DNA of 64,000 nt, from assembly GCA_016748015.1 (NCBI GenBank), contig JAAOMT010000430.1, positions 90,232 to 154,231 of the forward strand, given 5' to 3'. Below are positions 27,801 through 40,412 of this stretch, piece by piece. Numbering within the stretch: position 1 is the stretch's first letter; every line of letters begins with the position of its first letter. Both the position numbers and the translations under genes were made by a program. Below the pieces are notes generated by a model, which worked only from the letters and a program-made list of their open reading frames with translations, did not search any database and was not told where the DNA came from. The DNA comes from Geosiphon pyriformis uo1. Taxonomy: Eukaryota; Fungi; Glomeromycota.

Positions 27801-30800
27801 GAAAGATTTTTAAAGAGTTCCCACTTGCTAATAAATAAAAATTTTAATCTATAATCAAAAACTGAGCCCAACATTTTAACAATGCCTCTGAAAAAAATAT
27901 TGAAAGTCAGTGCTTGAAAGACATCTGATAGTGTTTAAAAACTTTCAAAAGTGATATGAAAATACTTTTTAGATTAATTTTTTTTTAATTTTAAGTAAAA
28001 TGTCAAACAAATATATCCTATTTTAATCCAAGATCTATACTTTTTAATAAACTCTGATATTTGTTTAATTTTATTATTGTCATGATTTAGAATATGCATT
28101 TGTTGACTATGTATACATACAAAGTATAGCTTAAAACTTTTACTTAGCCAATTATTTTTTAGAATGAATTATGCAGGATTTTTTAATTTAAAATGATTAG
28201 ATAATAGAAAAAAAATATGTAGTATTTTTTTGTTTTTTAATTTTAAAAACTAAGTATATAATTATCATTATTGAACATAAAAAAAGCATGCCAAATATGT
28301 AGAAGTCTCAGAATTCAAGCAATAATTTATCTATCTTGGAATTAGTTGTTTTAATTTTTTGCAAATATTAAGAACTTTTCTTATTTTTTCTTTGCTTAAA
28401 TTTAATTGATCCATTCTGTCTTCTTAATATTTTTTTAACATTTCTATAAAAACTCACTAATTAGAAAAAAAAAGATTAAATTAAAAAATTCAAAGACAAA
28501 AAGATCAAGAAATTTAAATAAAAGTAATAACATATTTAAATTACTTTATATTTTTTCATGTTTATAACAGAATTATGGCTGACTTTCTTATATAAATTTC
28601 TTTAACAGCATAGTTTTGTGTTCTTGTAAAGCTACTTTTCTTACCTACTTTGACAAATTTATTCAATAGTATTTTTTTATTTAATAGAAGCTTTTCAATA
28701 TTTAATACCAGTAGAAATATGTAATAATTATTTATAAGAACTTATCAGTTCTGTTTTTTTAGGAGCTCTAAAACAAGAATTCAGATTTTTTGTAGTATTT
28801 GTGTATATGTATGTATGTAAATAATTAAAAAAATCAAATTATGAATTAATATAAATTAAAAAACATTAAATTTAATTGTTTGATAATCATTCGGTTTTTT
28901 CTCTAATAAATTTTGTATTAGTTCACATGTTTGTATATTAATAATTTTATGATATTTTAGTAGTAGTTTGGGTAATAGCAAGTTGTTTTAAAGAAAAATA
29001 ACAAAAGTTCAAAGAAGAACAGTTCATTGATTAATGAGCCTTAAACAGCCTTCCTATTTAAAAATCATATGCTTTATCAGCAATAATAAACCAATTTGTA
29101 TAATATTATTAATGTGACAAATATTATCAAAATTGACAGATTTTCTAATTAAATATAATAGGCTAAAAATATGAAAATTTAAAATAATAAAGGGATAAAT
29201 AAATTGTGTTGAATTTCTTGCATGACATAATACTCAAATATTAAATTTTATTAAGCAGTAATTGATGCCTAGGATTCAAATATTTTAGGTTGGAATCTCA
29301 ACAAGGTTGTTGCACTAGTATAAAACATGAAAAATTAAAAACTTGAGGTATAATGCTACAAGATAGCTACAAAATACAAAATCTTAAAAAATTGGATCAA
29401 TAAAAAAACTTTACAATAGAAGATATTTTAATTATTGATTTGCTGGTTTAGATTTTTGGTAACAAATTAATAAAAAAAATGATAAAAAGCTTTGATTTCT
29501 AAAAAAAAATTTTCAAAGTCAGCTTTCATACTCTCAAAAATTAATCATTAAATAATAATGAATATATAAGCATAAAAGTAACCGATATACTTTTCTTTAA
29601 TTCCAAAAAATCAAAAATCAAACAAACATTTTTTTCAAATTGCTTTAACTGAACAAAATTTTAAACCAATTTGTGTTAATTTTAATTAGCAATTTTAATT
29701 AAATATTCGAATTAATATTGAAATATTACTATTTTAAAGCTCCTTGTATTTTAGCAATTATACTTTAGCAATTTTTTTATAATTTATCCAATAAATTCGT
29801 GTATTTTCTGAATAATTAAAAGTTTTCTGATGTTAGTGTTATAGTCAGCAAAATGCTCAATATGATGCTTATTCACAAATTTTTGCAACAAGATCATTAT
29901 ATTTTGCTACTGTATTCTCTAATAATTGGAAAAAAAATATTATTCTTTTTTATTAAACCTAATATTTTCTAATATTTTTGAGATAACTCAGATAAAAATT
30001 TTATTTGCTTTAAAGTATTTTGGCTATTATAAATTCATATATTTAATCTCTTATATATATATATATAAAACAAGATTTTTCTTAATGAATACAAAATATT
30101 TATTATTTTTGAATTGCTTATATATGAAGTTTTTCAAAAAATTATGAATTATTCAAGTGATTGTCATAAAATAAGCCCATAAAAACTATTGTGTTGCAAG
30201 CTTATCATATTTTTCTAAAAATATTATCTAGATTTAAGAATGTATAATAGATAAATTTTGTGCTTATTTATTTATAGTAACTAAAAAAAATAATGCTTTT
30301 TACATTAAATCTAACATTTATGAAAGATATATATTACTAATGAATAGCTATTATTTTAAAATCAAAAGTTTTAATAACAAAATTAATATACAATAAGTTT
30401 TATCATCTTTTATTATCACTATTTTTTTTAAATATAACACATTATATTTTCTGTAAATTTATCATTTTGTATATTAGTGCAAGATTGCACTGTTAATAAT
30501 TTTTTAAAACAGTATCTTCTTATTAAATGTTTTTCAAAAATGATGTAATAAAAGCTATAAACTTTCGGTTAAATAATCAGAATTGTGGAAATAATTCTAT
30601 AATCTTAATAAAAAAACTAATTTCTTAGCAATTGAATATGAACTTGATTATTTAGGCTAAAATCTGCTTTAAAACAGTGGAATATAAAAATGATAAATTT
30701 TGTTTAATTAACAATTAGCTATTTATCTACAATTTTAAGTGGAGCTAAAGCATTTTTTGCAGAAAAATACATTTGGAGTTTTTAACTGGTCATTATGTAG

Positions 30801-31080
30801 TTTAGATTTATATCTTAATGAAAATCTGTGGACAATTGTTAAATATGAAGTAGAAAACAAATGCTGCAAAATATAGACAATTCAGCAATATGCTAATCAA
30901 TTAGGCAAATTTAATTTGCAGTATTGTGAATTAGTTATCGAAACAATATTCAAGCTTAGTTTCAAAGTAAATAAAAAGAATAATGATACAAATAAACAAG
31001 TATTCAAAAAGCAAAATGAAAGTCTTTATTACAATATAATCTCAGCAAATAATTAACACTTAAAAAATTGCTTTATTTTT

Positions 31081-32980
31081 CTCTATCCAAGAGATTTTTT
31101 AACCCATCTTGATTTTATGCTTTCTATTCTAAAAAATCCTCTTCAAGAATATTTTCATATTTGCTCCAAAGCCACTGTAGTGCATCTTCTACTGTTGGTT
31201 TATCAAATTGGTTTTTTGCCTTCAACTTTCTTGCATAGATTTTTAATTCATTAAATTCTTGAAGTTACATTGAAGCTGTTAGAATCAGATATCTGATGGA
31301 CTATATGTTGATACTTTCATTATAATTGTCTTGAAAATCTTAGGTGCATGGTTTTCTTTAGCAAATTATGTGTTGAAAGCAGGTGAAGTAGTGTAACATA
31401 TATCATCAAAATCAATGATGAATCACTTGTCTCAATTAATAAATTTCAACACATTTTCCCAATGGATATTATGATGCATAATCTTTATTTTGTAAAGAGC
31501 CTGGAAATAAATGTTTTAGTCATAAAATATTCACGTTTCCAAAATAAATGAAATGAAAGCAATAGATACCTTTAGGGTGGTTAAAACACAACATAATGCT
31601 TTGATTAGTTGTTGTTTTGTTTCTGGTTTATATATAATGTCTTTTGGTAAAAGAATCACAAATGGCTTTCCTGTTTTATTCTTATTAATAGGCTTTAGCT
31701 AATCGATGAAAGAAACTTTTTAATTGTATATGTCTTGGTAAATAGCTCGGATATATATGACAGACTGTATTGAGTGGTAATGTTTCATGATGACATTTTG
31801 CATTAATTCAACTACCTTGCTATTTGACTGGAGAAAAATGAAAAATTTTTGCTGAAAATATTATGGAACAGTTTGGCGAAATAAGGGCAATAATTGACCA
31901 ATGTTAATTTTGATAATAAAAGCTTTTATGCATCTCTTTAGCTCATTCAGTTCACAAGTAAACAAATCTTTTTACACAACCTGTTCTCCTTCCAAATACA
32001 AATAAGAGTATATTACTGTGGTACATAATATCTAAAGATATAAGAACATTTTTTATACATTTATATTAACTTTTCAGTTAATTTCTTCATTAAATTACTC
32101 TTAGTATACAGTTCCTTTTCCTTTTCTTTCACAAAACAAGCATCTGATACCAAATAGAAAAAATCAGGTCATAATTTTCTGGTAAAAGTATTTAAAGATG
32201 TATTTTGGCTATATTTATCTATCCGTGATCTGATAATAAAAGATTTAACAATAAGTGTATCCCAAAATACAATGAATGAATTTTTTGTTGTGTTGATATT
32301 GGGTGGAAAAGTGATGTATATGATAAAGTTGCTCTATACTTTTCAGGAGACCTCTTCTGAGCTCACAATAATTTTATCCAAATAATCCAAAAAGAGTCTT
32401 TTCATAAAAAATTGTTCATAAAACAATAGATAAACTTGGATCGGTTTCATGAATGGCCACTAAAGCCAAGTAAATAAGTTTGATTTTTCTATAATGTAAG
32501 ATGGTTTTGCATTGAGCATTTCTTTAGTCTGAAAGTACAAGTCAGAATCTGTGTTGGAAAAAAGCTAATTAGACATGCAAATTCAAAAATATATGTCTCT
32601 TAATATACTTTCTAACTTACCATCAATGCATTTTTTTGTTTATTTGGTAGTAATAAAGAAACAAAAGAAGCAAAAGCACAAGTTAGTCAACATATACAAA
32701 AAAAAAGTGCATGACATGTTCAACAAATAGTTGTATTATTTGTTCACTAATTACCTTGCTCTTTGTTTTTAATTTTTTTAACCAAAAAAGCAATTCTCGT
32801 GGCTGGTTCTCTTTTTAAGTCCTATCGCATAAGTTCTTCTTTGATTAGTGACAGGAGTTCTTGGCCAGCAATTCTGTTAATCTCGATTATTTTGAGATCT
32901 TCTTTTATAAGGCATAGATCAGTTTTTTTTTTCTCAAGAAACTCAATGACTTGTTGCAGAATTCACTTCTTGATTTCTTA
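31081..32980 (-). pseudogene. Crinkler-like paralogue, copy 2, 3' half (SAM-REase-kinase), more decayed
   Basis: Reverse complement aligns with ~5942-7842 including introns (e.g. aaaagctaattagacatgcaaattcaaaaatatatgtctcttaatatactttctaacttaccatcaatgc at ~32560-32630); MHHNIHWENVLK for MHRDIRWENVLK. Confidence 0.9.
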
Positions 32981-34104
32981 GATAAAAAATTGAAACGTAT
33001 ATTTAGTGTTTTGGTATTTTGTTCCAAGTATAATAGCTAATAAAAAAAATGTTTCTTCATGGATAAAATATTTAAATTCAATAAATATATATGCAACCCT
33101 TCATAATTTATTAAGTATAATTAAAAATATTTATTTTTTTATTATTAAAATTATCTATTATAAAAATTTTTATCATGACAAAAATTAATAAACCCAAAAT
33201 TTTATAAAATATGCATAAAGTTTGCAGAAGCAAAATTTATTAGTAAAAAAATTTTCATATAATTGTATTGATTATTTAATATTCTAATATATATTTATAT
33301 ATAAATTGCTTTATAGTTCATAACTTTTATACTTAAAAATCTTGTTTAAAAAAGATATAAAAATAAAACTATTTATAATAGTTAATGATTATATTTTTAA
33401 CATCAATAAAAAATCATTCTTTGCTCAAATTTTTATCTGTTTTATTTAGATAAATAAAAGTGTTTTATAAAATTGCAAGTTAGAATATCTTAAAAAAACA
33501 AAAAGAATAATTAAAACAGAATTTGCAAGAAATGAATTATTTTTTATAATAACCAATATAGAATTCAGAATGTTATGCTATCTACATATTTTACTTAAAA
33601 AAACTAAAACAAAATTAAATTAATTATTTGAACAAAACTACTTGGCTATTTAGTTCGAATATTTCATTAATGCTAGATTAAAAATTGAAAAGCCACATAA
33701 AATTGTTGTAAGATTTGATCTTCAATTTTCAGAACAGCAACTTTTTCGTTTTATCATTAAAAATTTTAAATATGAATTAATTCTTAATACTTAATTTCTA
33801 TCTAACCATATATCATATGGTATTTTTTTTAATAAATAGTTTTATTTGGCAAATTTTTAGAAGAATTAATATATTATCCAATTGAAATTTGTTATTAGTA
33901 CAATAATATTATTTTATAAAGAAAAGTAAAAATTTCAAGATAATTATTTTTTAAACATAATTATTATTTTAAGTTTTAAAATGAATTAAAGATTTAATTA
34001 CTTTTATTTATATAAGATAATAGTCTTGCAATTGTTTTCGTCACATTGATTCTAATGAATCTAATAGTTCAAATTCATTTTTATTATTTAAATTTGATTC
34101 AAAA

Positions 34105-35740
34105 AAATTTGGTATTATTGCAACAGATCTTATTTTTTATAAATGTAAAAAAAACAGTTTTCATTAATTTAATTTTTTAAGTTTAAAATTTGGAATTATT
34201 TTTACTTATTAACTTAAAAATAAAATAAAAGATATTTTTAATATTTGTAATAATTATAATTTAGTTAAATTTTACAATTAAAATTCATTTCTTTAGTTTA
34301 TTAATAAGTAGTTTTAAATATAAAATGCAAAAAAAGAAATTTAATCATTGTAAATAAATTTGATTCGTTAAGTTTTGAAGTTAAAAAAATACAAATTTGT
34401 TAAAGATAAATTAATCAAACCATTTTTAAAAAAATAATTATTATAAAAATAACCATTTAATTGTTTTTGATTCATGTAGAAAAAAAATAATGTGTTATTG
34501 TGAATTTTTTAAAAATAACCAATTTTTAAAATTAGTTAAGAATTTATATAATTATACATACATCAGAAACGTTTTTCCCAATTTTTACTTTAGCTGATCT
34601 TTATTAAAATTAATATTCAAGCTATATAAATATATATTAGGTTTAATTGGCCATTGTTAAAATATATCAATAAAAATTAATCACATCAATAATATAAAGT
34701 ATTATTTTCTTTTGTATATTTAACTTTGTTAATTTAGAATCGTTTGTTTTAAATTTTAAAAAGTTTTATATTATTTTTCAACAATTATAAATAGATTGTT
34801 AATAAGATAAATAAATAGTGAATTTTTGGTACCTCTTGAAGAATATTTGTAATACAAAAAAATAGAATTTTGGTGTTGTGATTTATATTAAAACCAAAAG
34901 ACAAAAAACTGTAACATCTAAAGAATTTTAATGAAAAATTCCAAAGAATACATATATTTATTGTCATAAATTTGAATTACATTAATACAACAAAAATTCA
35001 TATAAATATCTTTGAAAATTTTTGGATAAATTCAAATAACCTAAAAGATTTTGATTATTTGGTTTAAGTTAGCTTAATGAAAATTTTGAACATCATTTAA
35101 TGTAAATATAATAATTTTAAATTAGATTAATAGATTACAATGTAATAAAATTAAAAGTACATCAAAAACATTAAATCTAATTTCCGGAATAAAATACGTA
35201 ATTTGTATTTGTGACAAAATAAATTAAAATTTAAAATATTTTAAATGTAAAATCTGATAAATAAAAATAACAATTTAGTCTTGGTGGCTTAATAAATATG
35301 TCCATGATTTCGGTTACACAATATCAACAAAGTGATTGGTCAATTAGCATAAAATGTTTCACAGTCGAAATAGATTTTTTATGTATCACTTTTCCAAACA
35401 ATGAGCAGCAAAAGGAAAACCATTGAATGGGAAGCTACTACTTCTGCAGTAGTTGGCACTGATTTGACTATAGAAAATAAAAGAAAGAAAATAGATGAGA
35501 ACCAGAATTTTATAATCACTGATGTTAATACATGTGATGCATTTAGCCCAAGCAGAATTCCCCTGAAATCAGACTTGGTATGAGTATTGTTTTTTGGAGA
35601 ATCATTCATTGTCATCTATAAAAAAATAACTTTCCTAGACCTTGACTTTCATGTTGGTGAATCTGTCCAAGAAGATATGGACAAAGAGGAATTTAAGACT
35701 TCAGATCAAGATATTGCTTCAAATACCCCAAACAAAAAAT
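34105..35740 (+). pseudogene. Crinkler-like paralogue, copy 2: upstream region and 5' exons (ATG at 35401), opposite orientation to its own 3' half
   Basis: Matches 4410-5940; a ~21-bp deletion (gaaatcaga|cttggta) removes the first splice donor; similarity ends at ~35738. Confidence 0.9.
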
Positions 35741-35799
35741 CATGAAAGAATGATTATGTAATATACTCTAAAAAGCATACAATTCTTCCTAAAAGGGAG

Positions 35800-36110
35800 T
35801 TTTAACATTAGTTGAGATCAAAAAATTCATTTTTTGGAAAATAACATTTACAGTTTGCCGCAAAAGTAACCGACGCTTCATAACTTGGTACATGGTAAAA
35901 TAAATAAATAAATTTTATTTGAAAGTGTAAAATGTTACTCTGATACTAATCAACTCAATTCCAGTCAAAGTTTTTATAATTTTTAACCTACTCCAAAGGT
36001 TTTTTTATGTTTGTCGGTTAGTAAAAAGTTTGGAAAGTGTAGCATTATACCTTCAGGTAAAAATCGTTGAATCGTGTCTACACTATTTTTCATTTCCCGT
36101 TGTATATCAG
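35800..36110 (-). pseudogene. Possible degenerate CMGC-like kinase fragment running into the assembly gap
   Basis: FLPEGIMLHFPNFLLTD followed by L*SVGYFCGKL*MLFPKNEFFDLN*C*NSLLG weakly resembles kinase subdomains VIb and IX-X. Confidence 0.25.
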
Positions 36111-36113
36111 TGG

Positions 36114-36438
36114 NNNNNNNNNNNNNNNNNNNNNNNNNNNNNNNNNNNNNNNNNNNNNNNNNNNNNNNNNNNNNNNNNNNNNNNNNNNNNNNNNNNNNNN
36201 NNNNNNNNNNNNNNNNNNNNNNNNNNNNNNNNNNNNNNNNNNNNNNNNNNNNNNNNNNNNNNNNNNNNNNNNNNNNNNNNNNNNNNNNNNNNNNNNNNNN
36301 NNNNNNNNNNNNNNNNNNNNNNNNNNNNNNNNNNNNNNNNNNNNNNNNNNNNNNNNNNNNNNNNNNNNNNNNNNNNNNNNNNNNNNNNNNNNNNNNNNNN
36401 NNNNNNNNNNNNNNNNNNNNNNNNNNNNNNNNNNNNNN
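36114..36438. other. Assembly gap (N run)
   Basis: Run of N bases. Confidence 1.
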
Positions 36439-37019
36439 TAAAAAAATAATATGGATTAAAGAAATATATATCAATCAATTATCTTTGTGTTTTAATCCCG
36501 ATTGAATCTGACTGCTGCAAAGAAAATTAGTTTCAATAAATTAAATATCCTACTCAGTATCTATTTAAATAAAATTAATGAGATTTAATGAATTATAAAA
36601 ATATGACAAAAACATATTCGTTCTTCCTTTCTATTCAATCTTAACATTTTAATATTTAACATGACAATACTTTAATATGAAAGTGGCAACTAATTCAATT
36701 AGATTATAAATACAATCTAATTTGTTATGTTTTAAAGAAATTCCTTAAATCTCAATATTTTGGAGCCATATTAGAACAAAATATTGATTATCTTATGTCT
36801 TATTTCAAAATAATTTGGTTTGTTGTTTTGAATAGAATAAATCAACCCTCAACTATCATATGATAAAGTTCACATTCATTCTTATTTATTTGATTAATGA
36901 TGAGAATATTCATAAAATCACCCATTCTCATTCCCAATCCCTATGAGTGAAAACATAATTTTATAAGTTCAATAATTATTTGAAAAATAAAATTTATAGA
37001 TTGAAGTTTACAGAAGCAA

Positions 37020-37554
37020 TGTGATGATGTCGTACTTATTGGACACCATCTCAAGGAACCCAAATATATATACCTCAAACCAGCACTTCAGATAATCGCA
37101 AATAGTCCTGAACCATATCGTGAAGATATTACATTTCAGGCTATAAAGCCAGATAAAATTCCAAAGCTGGATTCATTTTCACTGGAAAGAGGTACAGTGA
37201 CTATATTCGAGGATATATGTACCGAACCAAAGAAAATTCAAGAAAAAATTATACCTTATTTTACTGAGGGGCGTCATTCTAATGTTTCTTCGATATATGT
37301 ATCACAGAGTTACTTTGACTGTCCAAAGCTAATACAAAAAAATTTAAAATATGTTGTACTTTTCAATGGAAGTTGCTCTTCAGATGAGTAGAATACTTCG
37401 TTTATATGTTAATAACTGGCGTAGTATCTATAAACTTGTTAATAAGTATCTATGCGAACAGAAATTTATTGTTTTCGATATAAGTGTACCTCCTGAGCAT
37501 TCACACAGAGTACGAATTGGTTGGGATATGCCAATTAGTCAACTTGATGAATAG
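37020..37554 (+). pseudogene. A32-like / FtsK-HerA-family viral packaging ATPase (Polinton/NCLDV type), 5'-truncated and frameshifted
   Basis: Open frame [16 protein letters not shown]...[10 protein letters not shown] (Walker B)...[37 protein letters not shown] (GRH arginine finger, Q sensor, PKxxxxN), frameshift at ~37388, then SRILRLY...FIVFDIS..RVRIGWD. Walker A is missing; the upstream DNA is unrelated AT-rich sequence. Confidence 0.8.
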
Positions 37555-37818
37555 AGCGAGATTTCAGATATTCAAGGAATTTTTCCGCCTCTTAAATTCA
37601 CGTGATTAAATTTTGCGGGACATAATGTCTCGGAAAAATGCAAAGAAAAAATAAACATGATTGATATATTTATTGCTGAGCAATGACTCGAAGAGTCTAC
37701 ACGAAAATCTTTATTTAACCCATGATGGTTATTGATATATTTACATCTGAAAATCGATACAACTCATGATTAAAATTTATTATATAACTACGAGATAATA
37801 ATTCCAGACTAATTGTAG

Positions 37819-38212
37819 ACAACGTAGAATTGGGGGGAATAATACACCCGCACCATCTACTGGGGAAGTTGAATATGAATTAGGTCAAACATTGCCAGGT
37901 AACCGAAGAAGCCGAAGAACTTCCATTGATAGTCGAAGAAGTCGAAGAAGTCGAAGAAGTCGTAGACGGTCAGCATCTCCATCTCCACCCCGTGATGCAA
38001 TAAACACTAATACAAACAATCCTGGTGTGGAAAATCCTGAACAAAATATTGGTCATTCTGGCTCTATCGAAACATCATCTCTTTAATCACCACCACCTTA
38101 TGAGGCACAAAATAATTTTTCAGAAATGAATCAGAGCCATGTTGTTTTTAACCGCGAAGTAGCTGTCTCTGGTATCGATAAACGAAGAGGTTGGATAAAT
38201 ATTTTTTATTAA
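37819..38212 (+). pseudogene. Exon encoding an Arg/Ser-rich low-complexity protein with a PPPY motif; one premature stop
   Basis: Branch point and acceptor ctaattgtag (ends 37818); RRSRRTSIDSRRSRRSRRSRRRSASPSPPR encoded by 9-bp agtcgaaga repeats; TAA at 38084 (likely CAA>TAA), then SPPPYEAQ... to TAA 38212. Confidence 0.5.
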
Positions 38213-38240
38213 ATAAAAATAGTACAGTTATCGCCGTATA

Positions 38241-38302
38241 CATGTGAATCTACCCACTATTTTTTTGTGGGTAGCATCACGTGATTTTGGCGAACATGTT
38301 CG
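38241..38302. promoter_or_regulatory. Adjacent inverted repeat (hairpin) and perfect 14-bp palindrome
   Basis: gtgaatctacccac-tattttttt-gtgggtagcatcac hairpin, then gcgaacatgttcgc; CACGTG box overlaps the hairpin's right arm. Confidence 0.6.
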
Positions 38303-38653
38303 CTGAATTTTTGCCAAGAAAAAATAAAAATTTGTGGGATATTATATCTCGGGAATACCGATATGTCTAGTAATAAAATCGATTGCGTAATACAGATGTT
38401 CGATCAACACATCACATGTTATATCACAGAAGAAAATCGAAGGTCATGGAATTTTTCATGCTGATTGTTACTATAAATTCTAAATCTGATTGACTAACTC
38501 GTGGCATGTGCATTTTCTTTGTGAAAAGTTTTTCGCATTCCCTAAATCTACCTAAATAAAGACAAAAATGGGTGGGCGAAAGCGGTTTAAAAGGACGTTG
38601 TGGTTATTCGTCGTTTTTACTTGCGATATTGACTCAAACTATTCACGGTTAAA

Positions 38654-40412
38654 ATGTCAAACTTAGTTTCAAAAATCGAAGCTCTTTTTTTGGAAGGTTC
38701 TCTTGACGCTATATGTTCCGCTACTGTCATTTATCTAACAAGAAAAGGAACAGCTTTACAACCATTACTTCTCGTTAAAGACTTAGCGGAGCGTGCAGTG
38801 AATTCCTCATTAACAAAAATAACTGATTTCGATCGAAGAATGAGAGTGTTGGAAGTTTTATCACAGGTTGGTACATCCCATATTTGATATTTTCTATAAT
38901 TCTCATTGTGATGATTTCACAGCAAATGGTACAGAGTTTGTTTTATATACTGCTGGTTAGGGACGCCGGCCCGGAAGAGCGATGTTGTCAGGAAAATTTC
39001 CTCACGATGTCGAGGGTTTCTGCTACCCCCTAACTATGTGCAGTTCTATAGTCGAAAACAAAAATACTCTATTGTTCGTCAAAATTGATAGAATCTGAAT
39101 GTTCACGTGCAAACATATGGGGTTTTTTAATTTTGTGGCCACAAATCTAACTTATCGCATTTGCTGTAGATGAAAGTTGGATATAAAAGTGTCGTGGGGT
39201 TGGACGCGGTAAAAGGACTGAAGACGGAGCAGGAGCCTAACCTCGACCGTACAAGAGAAGAGATAGAACGGAATACAAGAACCTTAAAATCAAAGCTAGG
39301 CTCACCGATGACCGATGCAGACATATCCCTCTACAATGCCCTCAAAACCAATCTACGAAGCATCAATCTTTCCGAACTTTCGTGGCGTGATCCAGAGGCA
39401 AATATGATTATTTCCGACGATTCAACATTAGTAAAAAATTTAGGGACGAGACAGAAGCAACTTTTTTTAGAGCCCTGTGAGAATATGAAATGCGTTCTCC
39501 CCACTTCGGTTATTTCAAGATGCGATGAATTCGTAAATAATCTTAATAATATTGAAGTACCGGATGTGCCCATGAACATTGTACATAACAAAGAATGGAA
39601 AGAGAAGGATGTTAAATTGTTAGAACGAACAAATCGTATATTAAGCGTTTTGTAGGTATTTTTTATCTTTGTATTGATTTTAAGAACTTTTTAACTATTC
39701 TTAATGCAGGGAGGGGGTATGGAACAATCCAGCATTTGCAACTAGCGAAATGCGTAGTTCTCAAAGTGAAGGAACTTATATCACAGACATCGTTGTACCT
39801 TTGCTTCGGGCCGGTTTGGATGATCTCCCAAATGGTAGTATTTGTATGAGCACTGCGGAACGTCAGAGTATAGCAAGTAAGGTCCGAAAAAGTCTTGGGG
39901 TGAATGAAGAAAAGAGTTCACACTCTCCCAGAGTGCCAATAGGGAAAAAACCCGATGTTATGGTGATGGAAAAATGTGGAGGTAAGATTTTTGAACTTGG
40001 TTATGTGGAATCTTCACGGGTCGTTTGCACTAATTCAAAAAAAGAGGATGATTCTATAAAATTGTGGAGGGAAACCCTAGATGGAATAAGTCTCGTCGGT
40101 ATTGCTTGTAGACCAACAAGTAATCAATTTGGTATTGTTGGAATTCAAGTGGCTGGTGAGGATTTATGTCTTAACGTTTTAGTGAGAGATGCAAATGGGA
40201 TACCAAGATATTTCCATCTTGTCCAAGCTCAAATACCTTTTACAAAAAGTACTTCATGGCGTGTGAAGCCTCTTGTTCATCTATTACTGACTTTGAGAAA
40301 TATTACAATTGTAAACAAAAGCTTACTAATGCAGGCATTAGAGCAAGCTAATACACGTCCACCCCGAAATGCTAATCCGAGTCCCACAGTTTCTTCACCA
40401 TTATACGATTAA
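38654..40412 (+). CDS. Spliced, apparently intact ~465-aa protein with a C-terminal PD-(D/E)xK restriction-endonuclease-like domain
   Basis: Exons 38654-38866, 39170-39651 and 39710-40412 join in frame via GT-AG introns (ctaac branch point at ~39147); extra small exons inside intron 1 are possible. C-terminal motifs SEGTY..ERQSIASK..GKKPDVMV..ELGYVESSR..DDSIKLWRE..GIQVAG. Confidence 0.75.

Noticed and set aside
28000-33190. Short I/F/K/L/N-rich ORFs (e.g. 29926, 33006; likewise 14619, 18165, 48252-52173)
   Set aside because: Compositionally expected in very AT-rich DNA, or antisense to pseudogenes and TE relics.
35983-36505. Five ORFs in the ORF track
   Set aside because: Artefacts of the N gap (poly-X translations).
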